From assembly GCA_963803975.1 (NCBI GenBank), contig CAWDOY010000020.1, positions 17,088 to 81,087 of the forward strand: a DNA stretch of 64,000 bases. Direction: 5' to 3'. This DNA comes from an uncultured delta proteobacterium. GTDB taxonomy: Bacteria; Desulfobacterota; WTBG01; CAIYCZ01. The notes beneath the pieces are model-generated. The model did no database searches, was not told the origin of the DNA, and saw nothing but the letters and a program-made list of their open reading frames with translations. Positions within the stretch are counted from its first letter, which is position 1; each line of letters starts with the position of its first letter. The position numbers and the translations under genes are program-made. Positions 10,918 to 22,095 of this stretch are shown piece by piece.

Positions 10918-11624
10918 ACAAATTAGTCCGCTGCAAGGTTTGTAATGCTGTTTGCGAAATAACGCCTTTTGATCAGTGCCCGGAATATCATTATTCAGAG
11001 GCTGCTGGTGAATACTATGCCAAAGAACGAGATGACAAACTCGATTTTATCCAAAAGCACCGGGGGCACCGGATAGAGGAGCTTACCATCCTTGAGAACC
11101 CCATGTACAGTGAGGGGCCCTATGCTGACCCGCAGCGGACACTGTACTTTGAAGCGACCAATGGCAAAGAAACATTTTTAATTAAACGCTGGAGAAACTC
11201 GGTGCTGGACCCGGTCCGTTACGATGTCGTCCCCGGAAGACTTGAAGTTAAAAAGACCGTAGATATCCAGAAGGGAAGTCTTGAAAAACAGATACGGTAT
11301 GAACTGAGGAATCCCTCTCTTGCAGAGGCTAAGGTGAGTCAATTCATAGAGATCGTGCAGGATACCGCATTGCAGTATAATCCTGATCAAAGCTCCGCAA
11401 CCATGTATGAAAGCAATGATGCACAGGTTGATTATCTTCCTTTAGATGAAGATCAGATTTCCAGCATTCTCAAAAAGAGCCGCACTATTTTTACTCAGGA
11501 CGAATTACAAAAGATTGAGCGTTTTATCCGGAATAACTGTACCTATAATGGGGTTATGGCCCTCGTGCTTAAGAAAACCCCGGTATTTCATCCCGCATCT
11601 CTATCAGAACCATTATCTAATTAG
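10914..11624 (+). CDS. Hypothetical protein (N-terminal CxxC)
   Basis: 236-aa ORF coupled by an ATGA overlap to the previous gene. Confidence 0.6.
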   Translation: MNKLVRCKVCNAVCEITPFDQCPEYHYSEAAGEYYAKERDDKLDFIQKHRGHRIEELTILENPMYSEGPYADPQRTLYFEATNGKETFLIKRWRNSVLDPVRYDVVPGRLEVKKTVDIQKGSLEKQIRYELRNPSLAEAKVSQFIEIVQDTALQYNPDQSSATMYESNDAQVDYLPLDEDQISSILKKSRTIFTQDELQKIERFIRNNCTYNGVMALVLKKTPVFHPASLSEPLSN

Positions 11625-12601
11625 AGCGCCGGGCAATTCATTAAGCATAGGTAAAACCCTATCAAGCACTGTTGCGGGTCTAATCCACTGCACCCCTGCG
11701 CCTTCCTTTGAAGCCCTCTTTAAAACTTTCACTTTTTCCCCTCTCGGTCCCCAGATACGCTGGTCAGTCGGGCCAAAAATTGCGACAACAGGAATCCCCA
11801 TGGCCGCAGCCAGATGGGTAATGCCCGAGTCATTACCAATAAACAACGTGCACTCTTTAAGGATGGCAGCCAGCACCGGAAGTTCAAGTGATTGCAGCAT
11901 GACCGGGGAAATACCTGCAAGGTTCCTTCTTTAATTGAGATACGTTGTTCCCATCAGCAGGCCCTTCTATGAGCAGTATGGTGCCACGTACGGTGCGGTA
12001 GATTTCATGTACCAGCGCGGCATAACAATCAACCGGCCAGTTTTTCTTTGAGCTGCCGCTGCCCGGATGAATAGCGATGAGCGGAGGAAACGGTCCCTTA
12101 AGGTTTTGCCGGGTATAAAAAGTTTTGAGCCTCCGCAAAATCTTCAGCCCGCAAAAAGAGCCGGGGAATTTTCAGTGAAGTATCATAACCGAGAGCATGC
12201 AGTTGTTCCAGTTGAAAATCAATAACGTGTTTATTTTCACCTGCCGGGAACGTCTTGATATGAATAAGTTCAGGGCCATGCAGCGATGCCAGATTTTGCA
12301 TGGCTATTTTTTGCGCATTTCCTCCAAAGATAAATATCTTTTCAAATCTCTCAATACTGGCAATGAGATCAGGGTGAACATGGCCCTGCTCATTATACAG
12401 AGAAGCCATCTCAGCTCTGTCCACAGAGCATACGGTTTCGGCATAGAATCGCTTATTGATCAGGCTTAACGTTGACGGGTATCCCATGACCTCAACTATA
12501 GCATCCGGAAATGCCCTGCGGATTGCATAGAATGAAGGAAGAGATACTATGAGGTCACCAATTGCTCCCTGGTGAATAAGGAGGATATGTTTTACCGGCA
12601 T
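11613..12601 (-). CDS. Glycosyltransferase family 9 (heptosyltransferase-like), frameshifted
   Basis: GAIGDL, IHPGSG..KNWP, GNDSGITHLAAA, FGPTD motifs across three fragments. Confidence 0.85.
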
Positions 12602-12638
12602 AAATAAGAATCACCGCTACTTCGTGCTCAGCTCTTTT

Positions 12639-13275
12639 TCACACGCCCCGTCTTCTATCCGGCCAGATATACCGGTGTATCTGCAGCTGCAAACGCACAT
12701 TCAGTTTTTCCTGAAGAATCCATTCAGCCAGTTCTTGAGGATGTAATCTGTCAGACACAGGTGAAAAAAGAACATGTGCCCTGCCCTGCATCTCATGCTG
12801 CTTTAAGATTTCTAATGCCCATTCAAAATCTTTTCTGTCCGAGATGACAAACTTAATCTCATCCCTTACGGTAAGATAGTCAACATTTTTGAAGATTCAT
12901 GTATTTATCCATTCCGCTCCCGGGGCATTTCAAATCCAGAATCCGGTGCACCCGCTGATCAACATCTTTTATCAATATGCTGCCATTCGTCTCCAGGAGA
13001 ACAGTGACCCCTGCGTCAAGTAAGCGTGAGCAGAGGATATAGGTCTCATCCTGCAATAAAGGCTCCCCACCGGTTATTACAACTCGCGAGACAGCTCTCT
13101 TATTAACTTCAGCAACGACCGCATCAAGAGAGTATTCTGTGCCTTCTTCATATGCATATTGTGTATCGCAATATGAACAGCGCAGATTACAGCCCGTGAG
13201 CCGCACAAAGGTAAACGGCAGGCCGACAAATGAAGTCTCTCCCTGAATGCTGGTGAAGATTTCGCTTATTTTCAT
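12639..13275 (-). CDS. queE: 7-carboxy-7-deazaguanine synthase (radical SAM), frameshifted near 12885
   Basis: EIFTSIQGE, CNLRCSYCDT, TGGEP; the shifted frame continues DEIKFVI...LQLQIHRYIW. Confidence 0.85.
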
Positions 13276-13362
13276 AGTATGAAACCATTAATCTATTGAC
13301 ATTGATTGATGGGGAAACTATACCAATTTAAACCTTTTCAGAAAAGACTTTTCCCTTTTATT

Positions 13363-14289
13363 ATGCGACATAAACCTGCCTGGGTTGAGATTAAAGTTGC
13401 GGTTTTGCCATCTGAAGCCGATGCGGTGGCAAACTTTCTTATTGAGCTTGGAAGCAATGGCATTGTGGAGGAGAGTGATAATCTCTCCGCCGCGTCCCCG
13501 CGCAATGAGGGTTTGTTAGTATTAAAAGCATATTTAAATAATGATGTTAATATAAATAGTTGCGTTGATAGCATCAAAAACTATCTTATATCACTCCGCA
13601 GTATGGAAAGGGCCTTTGTAAATCAAGAACCTGAACTTCTGGTTACTGAAATTGAGGATGAGGATTGGAATGAAAAGTGGAAATCATTTTTTCAGCCTAT
13701 TAAGGTTACAAAAAATATCGTCATAAAGCCTTCCTGGAGAAATTACTGGAAAAAAGAGAATGAAATGGTGATTGAGCTTGACCCGGGGATGGCGTTCGGG
13801 ACCGGCACCCATGCATCTACCCGCTTATGTCTTCAGGCACTTGAGGATTTGATTGAGGATTCTCCTGACAGTAGAAAATGCTTCCCTGCTCGACGTTGGC
13901 ACCGGATCAGGAATACTCGCTATTGCGGCTGCGCTGCTTGGCGTGAAACAGGTAGTGGGCATTGATATAGACGTGCAGGCAGTTGCATGCGCGAAGAAAA
14001 ATGCCGCGGTTAATGCGGTAGCCGAACAGATGCTGTTTGAAAGCACCCCGTTACACAAACTCCCCGGCTCGTTTTCGACAGTGGTGGCCAATATTTTACC
14101 CAGACCCTCATCGATATGAAAGATGATCTTATCCGTCATCTTGAGCCTTCTGGGTATCTCATGCTTTCCGGGATTATTCAGGAAAGAGCACGGGATGTTA
14201 TAGATGCATTCAGGAGTGAACTCGTATTTAAAAAAGAAACACAGGAAGAGGAATGGTCGTGCCTTATCTTCCAGAATAAAACCTGCTAA
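13363..14289 (+). CDS. prmA: Ribosomal protein L11 methyltransferase, frameshifted
   Basis: DWNEKWK, LDPGMAFGTGTHAST, LDVGTGSGILAI, VVANI. Confidence 0.9.
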
Positions 14290-14396
14290 TATCTTCGCGC
14301 AGGTGCCTGCTTCGCTTTTAATGAAGCTTTCATGCTTCTGTTCAGGGTACAATTTTCTTTCTATTTACCTGATATTTTGCCGCCTTTTCTTTTACT

Positions 14397-14936
14397 TCAA
14401 ACCCGATTTTCCGTTTGGGCATATCGGGTGGACGGTTCCGCTGAAGCCATTAATTTTCTCACCTCTCCTAAAACATGTACAATCGCTCTTTCATGGACGT
14501 TAAGCCGATCAGTCAGTTTCTTTTCAAGTTCTGCCAGCTTTAGCGCCAGTGCTTTATTATTGGCAAGTGTCTCGCGCATTTTAATGAATGCACGGACCAC
14601 AAAAACACTCATCTCTATGGCCTTTGGACTATTGAGTACCGTAGCTGCCATAATAGAACCGTGTTCTGTAAAGACATAGGGAAGATAGCGCCTTCCGCCA
14701 TGCAAACTTGAGGTCGCAAATTGCGACCTCAAGTTATTCGTTTCCTCTTCAGTTAATTGGAAAACAAAATCTTCTGGAAAACGGGCAGGGTTTCTTTTTA
14801 TCTGTTCATTCAGCCGTTTTGTAGGCACACCGTATATTTTTGCAAGATCAGCGTCTAAAATTACTTTTAGTCCCCGAATCGTAACAATACGAGGCTCCAA
14901 ATTGGTGGTTGCCAATGTTTTTAATTTTGTAGTCAT
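14397..14936 (-). CDS. ORF6N (KilA-N-like) domain DNA-binding protein
   Basis: LDADLAKIYGV, RFPEDFVFQLT, GGRRYLPYVFTEHG. Confidence 0.85.
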   Translation of the reverse strand: MTTKLKTLATTNLEPRIVTIRGLKVILDADLAKIYGVPTKRLNEQIKRNPARFPEDFVFQLTEEETNNLRSQFATSSLHGGRRYLPYVFTEHGSIMAATVLNSPKAIEMSVFVVRAFIKMRETLANNKALALKLAELEKKLTDRLNVHERAIVHVLGEVRKLMASAEPSTRYAQTENRV

Positions 14937-15109
14937 AATGTATCTCTTATCTTTTTCCTAGTTGAAGCTGGGAACAGCGCCCTTTACTGAACCTCCATGC
15001 GCCATCCGCCCGGTTGTGCCGCGCACTGCCTTTGAGGCCCCCGCCCGGCTCTATAACCAAGCATGCTTCATGGGTTAAAAAAGCCCGCAGTACCATGCAC
15101 CTTGAAGTT

Positions 15110-15285
15110 TTACAATATTCCTTTTTTGAGTCGGTCCCGAATCTGTTTTGACTTCCTGGGCATGGCAGTATGGTAAAACTCCATCTGCATTTCCAGCCAT
15201 TTAAGCTTTTGAATCGCGGGGAGCTTTTTGTGGGCGGAAATCTGATCAAGCGTTCGATAGTACAGGAGAGTGTTTTTTTGCTCAT
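15110..15285 (-). CDS. Small hypothetical protein (frameshifted), possibly antitoxin-like
   Basis: Reconstructed MSKKTLSCTIER/DQISAHKKLPAIQKLKWLEMQMEFYHTAMPRKSKQIRDRLKKGIL with GAAGGA RBS. Confidence 0.35.
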
Positions 15286-15324
15286 CGCTCCATTCCTTCC
15301 TTTTTTTTGCAGGTGGTAAACTTA

Positions 15325-16641
15325 TTATCCCGCCTGCAAAAAGCCGTCTTCCATGCGGATGTACATAGTCCTGCCGCGCACCAGTGTGAGCTTTTCAATA
15401 TTCCGCAGCGCCTTCTGCAGGTTTGCTTCACGCGCTTCATGGGTGAGCATGAATATGGAGACCGCGCCGCCACGCGACCGCCTGCCCCGCTGCACAACCG
15501 AGTGGATGCTTATCTGGTGGCGGCCCAGAACGCCGGCTATTTTGGCAAGCACCCCCGGCTTATCGACGGCTGAAAGCCGGAGATAGTATCTGGTTTGTAT
15601 ATCCTGTATTCCCCTTATTTTAATTTCTTTTAACTTTCCCTGACTAATCGGCTCTATCCGCTGCGTTATCCCTTTGATGATATTGCGCGACAGTTCCATG
15701 ATGTCAGCTACCACCGCGCTGCCGGTCGGCATCATGCCGGCGCCTTTGCCATACAGCATGCAGGGACCAACCGCATCGCCCTGAAGAAAAATAGCATTAC
15801 CGGTTCCCTCGATCCGTGAAAGCAGATGACCGTCAGGGATAAGCGTCGGATGGACACGCACATCTATCTCGCGCTCGTTGCCGCGGCAGATAGCAAGCAG
15901 CTTTATTTTGTAGCCAAGTTCCCTGGCGAATTCTATGTCAAGAGGTGTTATCTTTGAAATTCCCTCTGTGTAAATTTTCTCAAGGTTTATCTTCTTTCCA
16001 TATGCCAGGTGCACCAGTATTGCCAGCTTATGTGCCGTATCAATGCCCTCGATATCCAGGGTTGGATCTGCCTCTGCATATCCCTGCACCTGGGCATCCT
16101 TTAGAATATCCTCAAACTGCCCGCTCTCTTCCGTCATCCTGCTGAGTATATAGTTTGATGTGCCATTGAGGATGCCGAAAATACCGAGAATATTGTTTGC
16201 TGCGAGCCCTTCCCGCAGCGCCCGGATAATGGGTATGCCGCCTCCCACGCTTCCCTCAAATGCCACGTCAACGCCGTACTCGGCAGCGGCTCTGAAAATT
16301 TCAGCGCCATGCTCTGCCAGCAGGGCCTTATTTGCCGTAACGACGTGCTTGCCGTTTTTTATGGCCCGCAGGATAAATTTCTTTGCCGGTTCAATGCCGC
16401 CCATGAGCTCGATGACAATATCAATCTCCGGATCATCAAGCACCTGCGCTGCATTAGTTGTGAGCAGTTCCCTGCGCACAATGACGTCTCTGGCAGTGGT
16501 TATATCAAGGTCCGCGATCCGCTGCAGTTCAAGAGACGCTCCCAGCCGCTGGCGTATGACAGCGCTGTTCTTCTGCAGTATTTTCACCACGCCGGTACCA
16601 ATAGTACCGAATCCGATAAGACCGATTTTAATCCTCTTCAC
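15325..16641 (-). CDS. hom: Homoserine dehydrogenase with C-terminal ACT domain
   Basis: GFGTIG, VTANKA, GILNGTSNYIL, YAEADP, DKPGVLAKI. Confidence 0.95.
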   Translation of the reverse strand: MKRIKIGLIGFGTIGTGVVKILQKNSAVIRQRLGASLELQRIADLDITTARDVIVRRELLTTNAAQVLDDPEIDIVIELMGGIEPAKKFILRAIKNGKHVVTANKALLAEHGAEIFRAAAEYGVDVAFEGSVGGGIPIIRALREGLAANNILGIFGILNGTSNYILSRMTEESGQFEDILKDAQVQGYAEADPTLDIEGIDTAHKLAILVHLAYGKKINLEKIYTEGISKITPLDIEFARELGYKIKLLAICRGNEREIDVRVHPTLIPDGHLLSRIEGTGNAIFLQGDAVGPCMLYGKGAGMMPTGSAVVADIMELSRNIIKGITQRIEPISQGKLKEIKIRGIQDIQTRYYLRLSAVDKPGVLAKIAGVLGRHQISIHSVVQRGRRSRGGAVSIFMLTHEAREANLQKALRNIEKLTLVRGRTMYIRMEDGFLQAG

Positions 16642-17807
16642 TACAGAACTCCTTTTATACCGCGTACCGCCTGCCTGATTCTGTGTTCATTTTCAACCAG
16701 GGCGAATCTGACATAGCCCTCGCCGTATTCACCAAAACCGATCCCCGGCGAAACCGCCACTTTGCCTTCTTTTAAAAGCACTTTGGAAAAATCAAGTGAT
16801 CCCATCTGTTTGAACTTCTCAGGGATCGGCGCCCACACAAACATGGTTGCCTTCGGCTTTTCTATTTCCCATCCTATCTTATTGAGCCCCTCGACCAGCA
16901 CATCCCGCCGGTTCTTATATACTGCGGTGATTTCCTTAACCGCATCCTGGATTTCGTTCAGGGCAATGATGGAGGCAATCTGGATCGGCTGGAACATGCC
17001 GTAGTCAAAGTAGCTTTTCAACCGTGCCAGTGCCGCGATCATCCGCTGATTGCCCACCGCAAACCCGACCCGCCATCCGGGCATGCTGTAGCTTTTGGAC
17101 ATGGAGAAAAATTCAACGCCGATATCTTTTGCCCCGGGCACCTGCAGCAGGCTGGGCGCCCGGTAGTCATCAAACACCAGGTCTGCGTAGGCAAGGTCAT
17201 GGATGACAAGACATTTATTATCACGGGCAAAATCAACAATCTTTCTAAAAAAATCGAGATCCACCACGGCGGTCGTCGGGTTGTGGGGAAATGATATGAT
17301 GAGCAATTTTGGCTTGGGCCAGGTTCTTTTGACCGCCTTCATGAGCTGTTCAAAAAAATCATAGCCCGTGCCTATGGGAAAGCTCATGAGATCACCGCCG
17401 GCAATAACCACTGAATAGGGGTGGATGGGATAGGCGGGATTCGGCACCAGCACGACATCTCCGGGACCCACAAGGGAAAGGGCCATGTGGCTCAGGCCTT
17501 CTTTTGCGCCCATGGTAACAATAGCCTCGCTGTCCGGATCCAGATCCACATTATAATTTCTGCGGTACCAGTTGGTGATGGCAAGCCGCAATTTATAGAT
17601 GCCCCGTGACACTGAATAGCGGTGGTTTTTGGGATTCTGCACGGCTTCTATCAGTTTATCCACGACCGGTTTCGGCGTCGGGAGATCCGGGTTACCCATA
17701 CCAAGATCTATGATATCTTCTCCTTCACGGCGCGATTGAAGCTTCAAATTGTCTATGATGCTGAAAATATACGGGGGTAGTCTGTTAATCCGTCTGAATT
17801 CTTCCAT
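16641..17807 (-). CDS. PLP-dependent class I/II aminotransferase (AlaC-like)
   Basis: [33 protein letters not shown]. Confidence 0.9.
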   Translation of the reverse strand: MEEFRRINRLPPYIFSIIDNLKLQSRREGEDIIDLGMGNPDLPTPKPVVDKLIEAVQNPKNHRYSVSRGIYKLRLAITNWYRRNYNVDLDPDSEAIVTMGAKEGLSHMALSLVGPGDVVLVPNPAYPIHPYSVVIAGGDLMSFPIGTGYDFFEQLMKAVKRTWPKPKLLIISFPHNPTTAVVDLDFFRKIVDFARDNKCLVIHDLAYADLVFDDYRAPSLLQVPGAKDIGVEFFSMSKSYSMPGWRVGFAVGNQRMIAALARLKSYFDYGMFQPIQIASIIALNEIQDAVKEITAVYKNRRDVLVEGLNKIGWEIEKPKATMFVWAPIPEKFKQMGSLDFSKVLLKEGKVAVSPGIGFGEYGEGYVRFALVENEHRIRQAVRGIKGVL

Positions 17808-17856
17808 TTTTTTACACCCTTTGTTTCGCGGTTTTTCTTTTTCAATAAAGATTTTA

Positions 17857-17906
17857 CTTGAACCCTTGAACCCTCAAATCCATGAACCCTCGGCCCCTTG
17901 ACCCCT
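17857..17906 (+). repeat. Short imperfect 8-mer tandem repeat (TTGAACCC-like)
   Basis: ttgaacccttgaaccctcaaatccatgaaccctcggccccttgacccc. Confidence 0.5.
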
Positions 17907-17939
17907 ATTTTTCAACATTACCGTACATTATTTTCTCTG

Positions 17940-19328
17940 TCAAGCGCAGCCTTCCCAGGGTATTTGCTCCCGGCAGCATTTTACAAAACCCTCAGCAAAC
18001 GCCGGGTTTGAAGCAAAGTGCAGATGAATATAGCTGGCCAGCACATTGCGCACGGTATAGCCTTCAAGAAAAGCCGGGCGGTTTTTCCGCTGCTGCACGC
18101 GGTAACAGCGGGCAAGGCTTTCCGGCAGCCCGGTGATATCCGAGTAATGAAATTCATGCCCCCGCAGCTTTTCTCCTGCAGCTGCAAACGGGCAGCCCTG
18201 CAGAACTGCACACTCAACATAGCCCAGGCGCTGCAGCCGCGTGCGCATCCGTGCTTCTGCAGGGAACACACCCGCCATCTCATGCTGCGTTCCCTGTTGA
18301 TCAGTAAGTGCTGCTAACAGGTACAGAAATCCTCCGCATTCGGCATAGACCGGTCTTTCGGAATTGCAGAACGCGTGCACTTCGCGCTTCATGGATACAT
18401 TAGCGCTCAACACCCGGGCATGGAGTTCAGGATACCCGCCGCCAAGATACAGCCCGTGAATCCCTGCCGGGAGGTGATGGTCATGCATGGGGCTGAAATA
18501 GCGGATTTCAGCTCCGCACGCTTCCAGCAGTTCAAGATTATCCTGATAATAAAAACAGAATGCCTCATCCCGGGCAACGCCGATGGTTACCGCCTTTGGT
18601 GCTGACGGAGTAGGTGCTGCAGGTTCTTTCAAAACAACAGACGGCGCTTGAGCCAGTTCAATGATCCTGTTCACCGATACGGTCTTTTCAATATGGCGCG
18701 CCATGGCATTGATTTTTTCCTGCAGCGCTACGGTTTCTTCCGCCATGACCAGGCCCAGATGCCTCTCCGGGAGTTCCCAGTCTCTGGTGCGGGGCACATA
18801 ACCCAGCACTTCAGCCGCGCACCTTCCCTGAACCCCGTCTGCCAGATACCTGAAGTGCGTCTCCCCTGAAACATTGTTGAAGATAACACCGGCAATAGGC
18901 ACGTCTTTATCATAGCTCTCAAAGCCAAGCACCAGCGCCCCTGCACTGCGCGCAAAAGCCCTGCCGTCAACAACCAGAATCACCGGCAGGTTCAGCCATT
19001 TGGCCATTTGTGCGGTTGAGCCGTCTTCACTGGTACCGTCATAGCCGTCAAACAGTCCCATCACTCCTTCAATAACCGCAAGGTCCATGTCCCGGCTGTG
19101 TTTGGCAAAGGAGTCAATGCAGTACGGTCTTCCCATCATCCAGCCATCAAGATTGCGCGCAGCCCTGCCGCTCACTGCCGCATGATGGCCCGGGTCAATG
19201 AAATCCGGGCCTACCTTAAAGCACTGAACTTTCAGGCCCCTGTTTATAAAACACTGTACCAGCGCGAGGGTAATGGATGTTTTACCTGCCCCGCTCCGCT
19301 CACCTGCTATGATAATTCCTTGTGTCAT
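17940..19328 (-). CDS. cobB: Cobyrinate a,c-diamide synthase
   Basis: SGAGKT, FKVGPDFIDP, EGVMGLFDG, AECGG, GHEFHYS, SYIHLHF. Confidence 0.95.
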   Translation of the reverse strand: MTQGIIIAGERSGAGKTSITLALVQCFINRGLKVQCFKVGPDFIDPGHHAAVSGRAARNLDGWMMGRPYCIDSFAKHSRDMDLAVIEGVMGLFDGYDGTSEDGSTAQMAKWLNLPVILVVDGRAFARSAGALVLGFESYDKDVPIAGVIFNNVSGETHFRYLADGVQGRCAAEVLGYVPRTRDWELPERHLGLVMAEETVALQEKINAMARHIEKTVSVNRIIELAQAPSVVLKEPAAPTPSAPKAVTIGVARDEAFCFYYQDNLELLEACGAEIRYFSPMHDHHLPAGIHGLYLGGGYPELHARVLSANVSMKREVHAFCNSERPVYAECGGFLYLLAALTDQQGTQHEMAGVFPAEARMRTRLQRLGYVECAVLQGCPFAAAGEKLRGHEFHYSDITGLPESLARCYRVQQRKNRPAFLEGYTVRNVLASYIHLHFASNPAFAEGFVKCCREQIPWEGCA

Positions 19329-19516
19329 TGTCTGCTGCGTATCCTTGAAATGGTTTTTGTTTAAAAATACTACACGAATCATACGGGAAGCAATACTAAA
19401 AGACGGCAGCGGATTAATTTTCTAATCTTTTTTAATAGTTTTGTTGACAAATCATTCAGTTTTTATGATACTTTTCCATCACCCGCCATCTACAGCAATA
19501 ACCACAGGAGATATCC

Positions 19517-21070
19517 ATGAGCTTTATTACGCAATCTTATGAAGATAGTGAAAAGGGCGGCCTGTATCATGAAATTTCTGAGGACTTTTCCTGCGTCATC
19601 GACAGCGACAAGCATGTGGATGACCAGTTCAACGAAGCCCGTATTTCGGTAATCGGAGCCATGATCAGCCACGATCCGGAGAGCATTGCCGAAGCTGAAA
19701 AGGCGGTTGACACGGTGATGGAGCGCTTTCAAGACAAGACGCATGGCGGCTATTTTTTAAAAGCTGACCGGGAGTGGCGCATTATTGATACCCATAAAAG
19801 CCTGAAAGCAACTGATGGTATATTCGGGATACTCATGCACCTCTACGAGGTGAGCAAAAAGGATGCGTACCTGCTTAAGGCTTTTGATTTTCTGGATGTT
19901 GCCGTCACCAAGGCATGGGATGCGGTACATGGCGGATTCTTCTCCCTGTATCATGAAACCTGGGCTCCGGCAGTAGCTACCAAAGACCTCGCCAGCCAGA
20001 CAGGCATGCTCCAGCACATGAACGGCGCCTGGAAAGACGGGGTTGATTCACCCTATGGCGCCCGGGCAGCGTACTACAGGAAACGGGCGGAAGATTTTGC
20101 TGATCTTATTCTTGACAAAGCTCAGGACCGCAGCCGTGGTGGATTCTACACCTCATTCACCAAAGACTGGCAGCCGCTTGAAACCAGAAAAGACCTGGCA
20201 CAGATTGCCGGCCTTGCCCTTACCCTCTATTTTCAGTATCACAATGCCGGGCCATCCATATGGGGCCCGCGCCGGGGAAGCCATGCATTTACCGGCCGTC
20301 CCTATCCTGCCAGTTACACCTATCTGGGCCCGGCGCCAAGCCTTGACCCGGTAAGCATGAAGGCCTATCGCTACGGCAAAGCGGTTATTGACGCTGCAGA
20401 CCTTTTAATTGAGAAGGGATGGGATGCCGTGCATGGCGGCTTTTACGCGTGCCTCACCGAAGACCTGCAGCCGGCAGATGAAAGCAAGCTCCTTGAAACA
20501 CAGCTTGCGTGCCTGATGGCGCTCAATGTTGCCTTCCGGCTGTCAGGCTTTGAGCGGTTTAAACAGAAAATTACCGCGGGGGTAAAAATAATTGAAGACC
20601 GCTGTTTTGATGAACAGAATGGCGGCGTGTATGCCTCATATGGCCGTGACTGGCAGCCCCGGTCACGCAACAAGGTGTGCGGCCCGAATCTGCTGGTAAA
20701 CGGCATCCTGAGCATGCTCTCGCCCATTGTTACTGATCGTGATGTGACGCGCAATACCCTGCGCATCTGGATTGCTCAGCCGGTGTGCAGCATCAGCCGG
20801 GGCCAGTCAGCACTCGTTTCCGTTACCGTGCAGAATCAGGGTTTTGCCCCAATACACGTCCGCGTCGGTGGATTGAGCACGCCAACCAGATGGATGAATC
20901 CCTCTGAAATGCGTATGGACCTTGCTCCGCACGAGATTAATAACTATCAGCTCAGTATTACGCCGCCTGCAGACATGCCGGCCGGCACCTATCCCTTTGA
21001 GCTCACGGCTGCTCCTGCAGGTGAAGTGTACGAGTATGTGTCTGCAGGAGGGAAGGTAATCATTGAATAA
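19517..21070 (+). CDS. AGE (N-acylglucosamine 2-epimerase)-family alpha/alpha-barrel protein with C-terminal Ig-like domain
   Basis: Repeated WDxxHGGF(Y/F) units; C-terminal VTVQNQG...ITPP..PAGTYP; CAGGAG RBS. Confidence 0.7.
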   Translation: MSFITQSYEDSEKGGLYHEISEDFSCVIDSDKHVDDQFNEARISVIGAMISHDPESIAEAEKAVDTVMERFQDKTHGGYFLKADREWRIIDTHKSLKATDGIFGILMHLYEVSKKDAYLLKAFDFLDVAVTKAWDAVHGGFFSLYHETWAPAVATKDLASQTGMLQHMNGAWKDGVDSPYGARAAYYRKRAEDFADLILDKAQDRSRGGFYTSFTKDWQPLETRKDLAQIAGLALTLYFQYHNAGPSIWGPRRGSHAFTGRPYPASYTYLGPAPSLDPVSMKAYRYGKAVIDAADLLIEKGWDAVHGGFYACLTEDLQPADESKLLETQLACLMALNVAFRLSGFERFKQKITAGVKIIEDRCFDEQNGGVYASYGRDWQPRSRNKVCGPNLLVNGILSMLSPIVTDRDVTRNTLRIWIAQPVCSISRGQSALVSVTVQNQGFAPIHVRVGGLSTPTRWMNPSEMRMDLAPHEINNYQLSITPPADMPAGTYPFELTAAPAGEVYEYVSAGGKVIIE

Positions 21071-22001
21071 GGCTCTGCGTAATAGAACCATGAAATGGCG
21101 CAACATTATTTTTTTTCTCGTCATGCTCTGCTGCTCGCTGAGCTGTCAGCGTTATCTAAAGGGCCTGAGCAGTCCAGCGGTGGTACCGACCATTCCCGGA
21201 GCCTTTTATACCGGCACTGATTCCTGCATACCGTGCCATGATGATATCTACCGGCAGTATAAAAAAACCGTTCACTACCGGATTTCGTCCCGTGAAGTTC
21301 CGTCCGTTGAGCGCGGCTGCGAAACCTGCCATGGTCCGGGGAGCCTCCACGTGAAATCAAAGGGGGCTGTTACCGATATACTGGGCTTCTCCCGTCTCAC
21401 CCCCGCCGAGAGTTCCGAGATATGCCTGCAGTGCCACACCGGCGCACCGACTATGGACTGGCGGGCAAATGTCCATGTGCTCAATGGCGTGGGCTGCAAT
21501 GAATGCCATAAGTCACACAAGGTTACCGCCCCGAAAATGGTCTATCTGGGTGATCCCGAAATCTGCTACACCTGCCATCAGGAAAAGAAGGCCCAGAATG
21601 CATTACCCTCCCATCACCCGGTCCGGGAGGGGAAGATGAAGTGCACGAGCTGCCACAACAATCATGGCTCGGAAAATAATAATTTACAGAAGGACACCCT
21701 GAACGACCTCTGCCTGGAATGTCATGCCGAGTATCAGGGGCCGTTTGTTTATGAGCACGCACCTGCCGTGGAAGACTGCAGTATCTGCCATGAGCCGCAC
21801 GGCACTATTGCCAATAACCTGCTGGTGCAGAATGAGCCTTTTTTGTGTCTGCGCTGTCACAAGGGTCACCAGGTAAACCCGAAAACCGGGCCGCAGCCGA
21901 CCATGGCAGCCCTGCTTACCTCATGCACCCAGTGCCACCCGCAGGTGCACGGAAGCGACCTGCCGTCGCAGCTTCCTCCGGGAAGGGCTTTGACGAGGTA
22001 A
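21063..22001 (+). CDS. Decaheme c-type cytochrome (DmsE/MtrA/GSU2203-like), probable lipoprotein
   Basis: Ten CXXCH motifs counted; N-terminal hydrophobic signal with Cys. Confidence 0.9.
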   Translation: MNKALRNRTMKWRNIIFFLVMLCCSLSCQRYLKGLSSPAVVPTIPGAFYTGTDSCIPCHDDIYRQYKKTVHYRISSREVPSVERGCETCHGPGSLHVKSKGAVTDILGFSRLTPAESSEICLQCHTGAPTMDWRANVHVLNGVGCNECHKSHKVTAPKMVYLGDPEICYTCHQEKKAQNALPSHHPVREGKMKCTSCHNNHGSENNNLQKDTLNDLCLECHAEYQGPFVYEHAPAVEDCSICHEPHGTIANNLLVQNEPFLCLRCHKGHQVNPKTGPQPTMAALLTSCTQCHPQVHGSDLPSQLPPGRALTR

Positions 22002-22095
22002 GCAGGTGCAGAGCTCCGGCTGACGGATCGAAGCGAATGCTCATGTATTGCGGAAAGCACAATACTAATATTTTATGGTGGAGTGAGTACACGCC

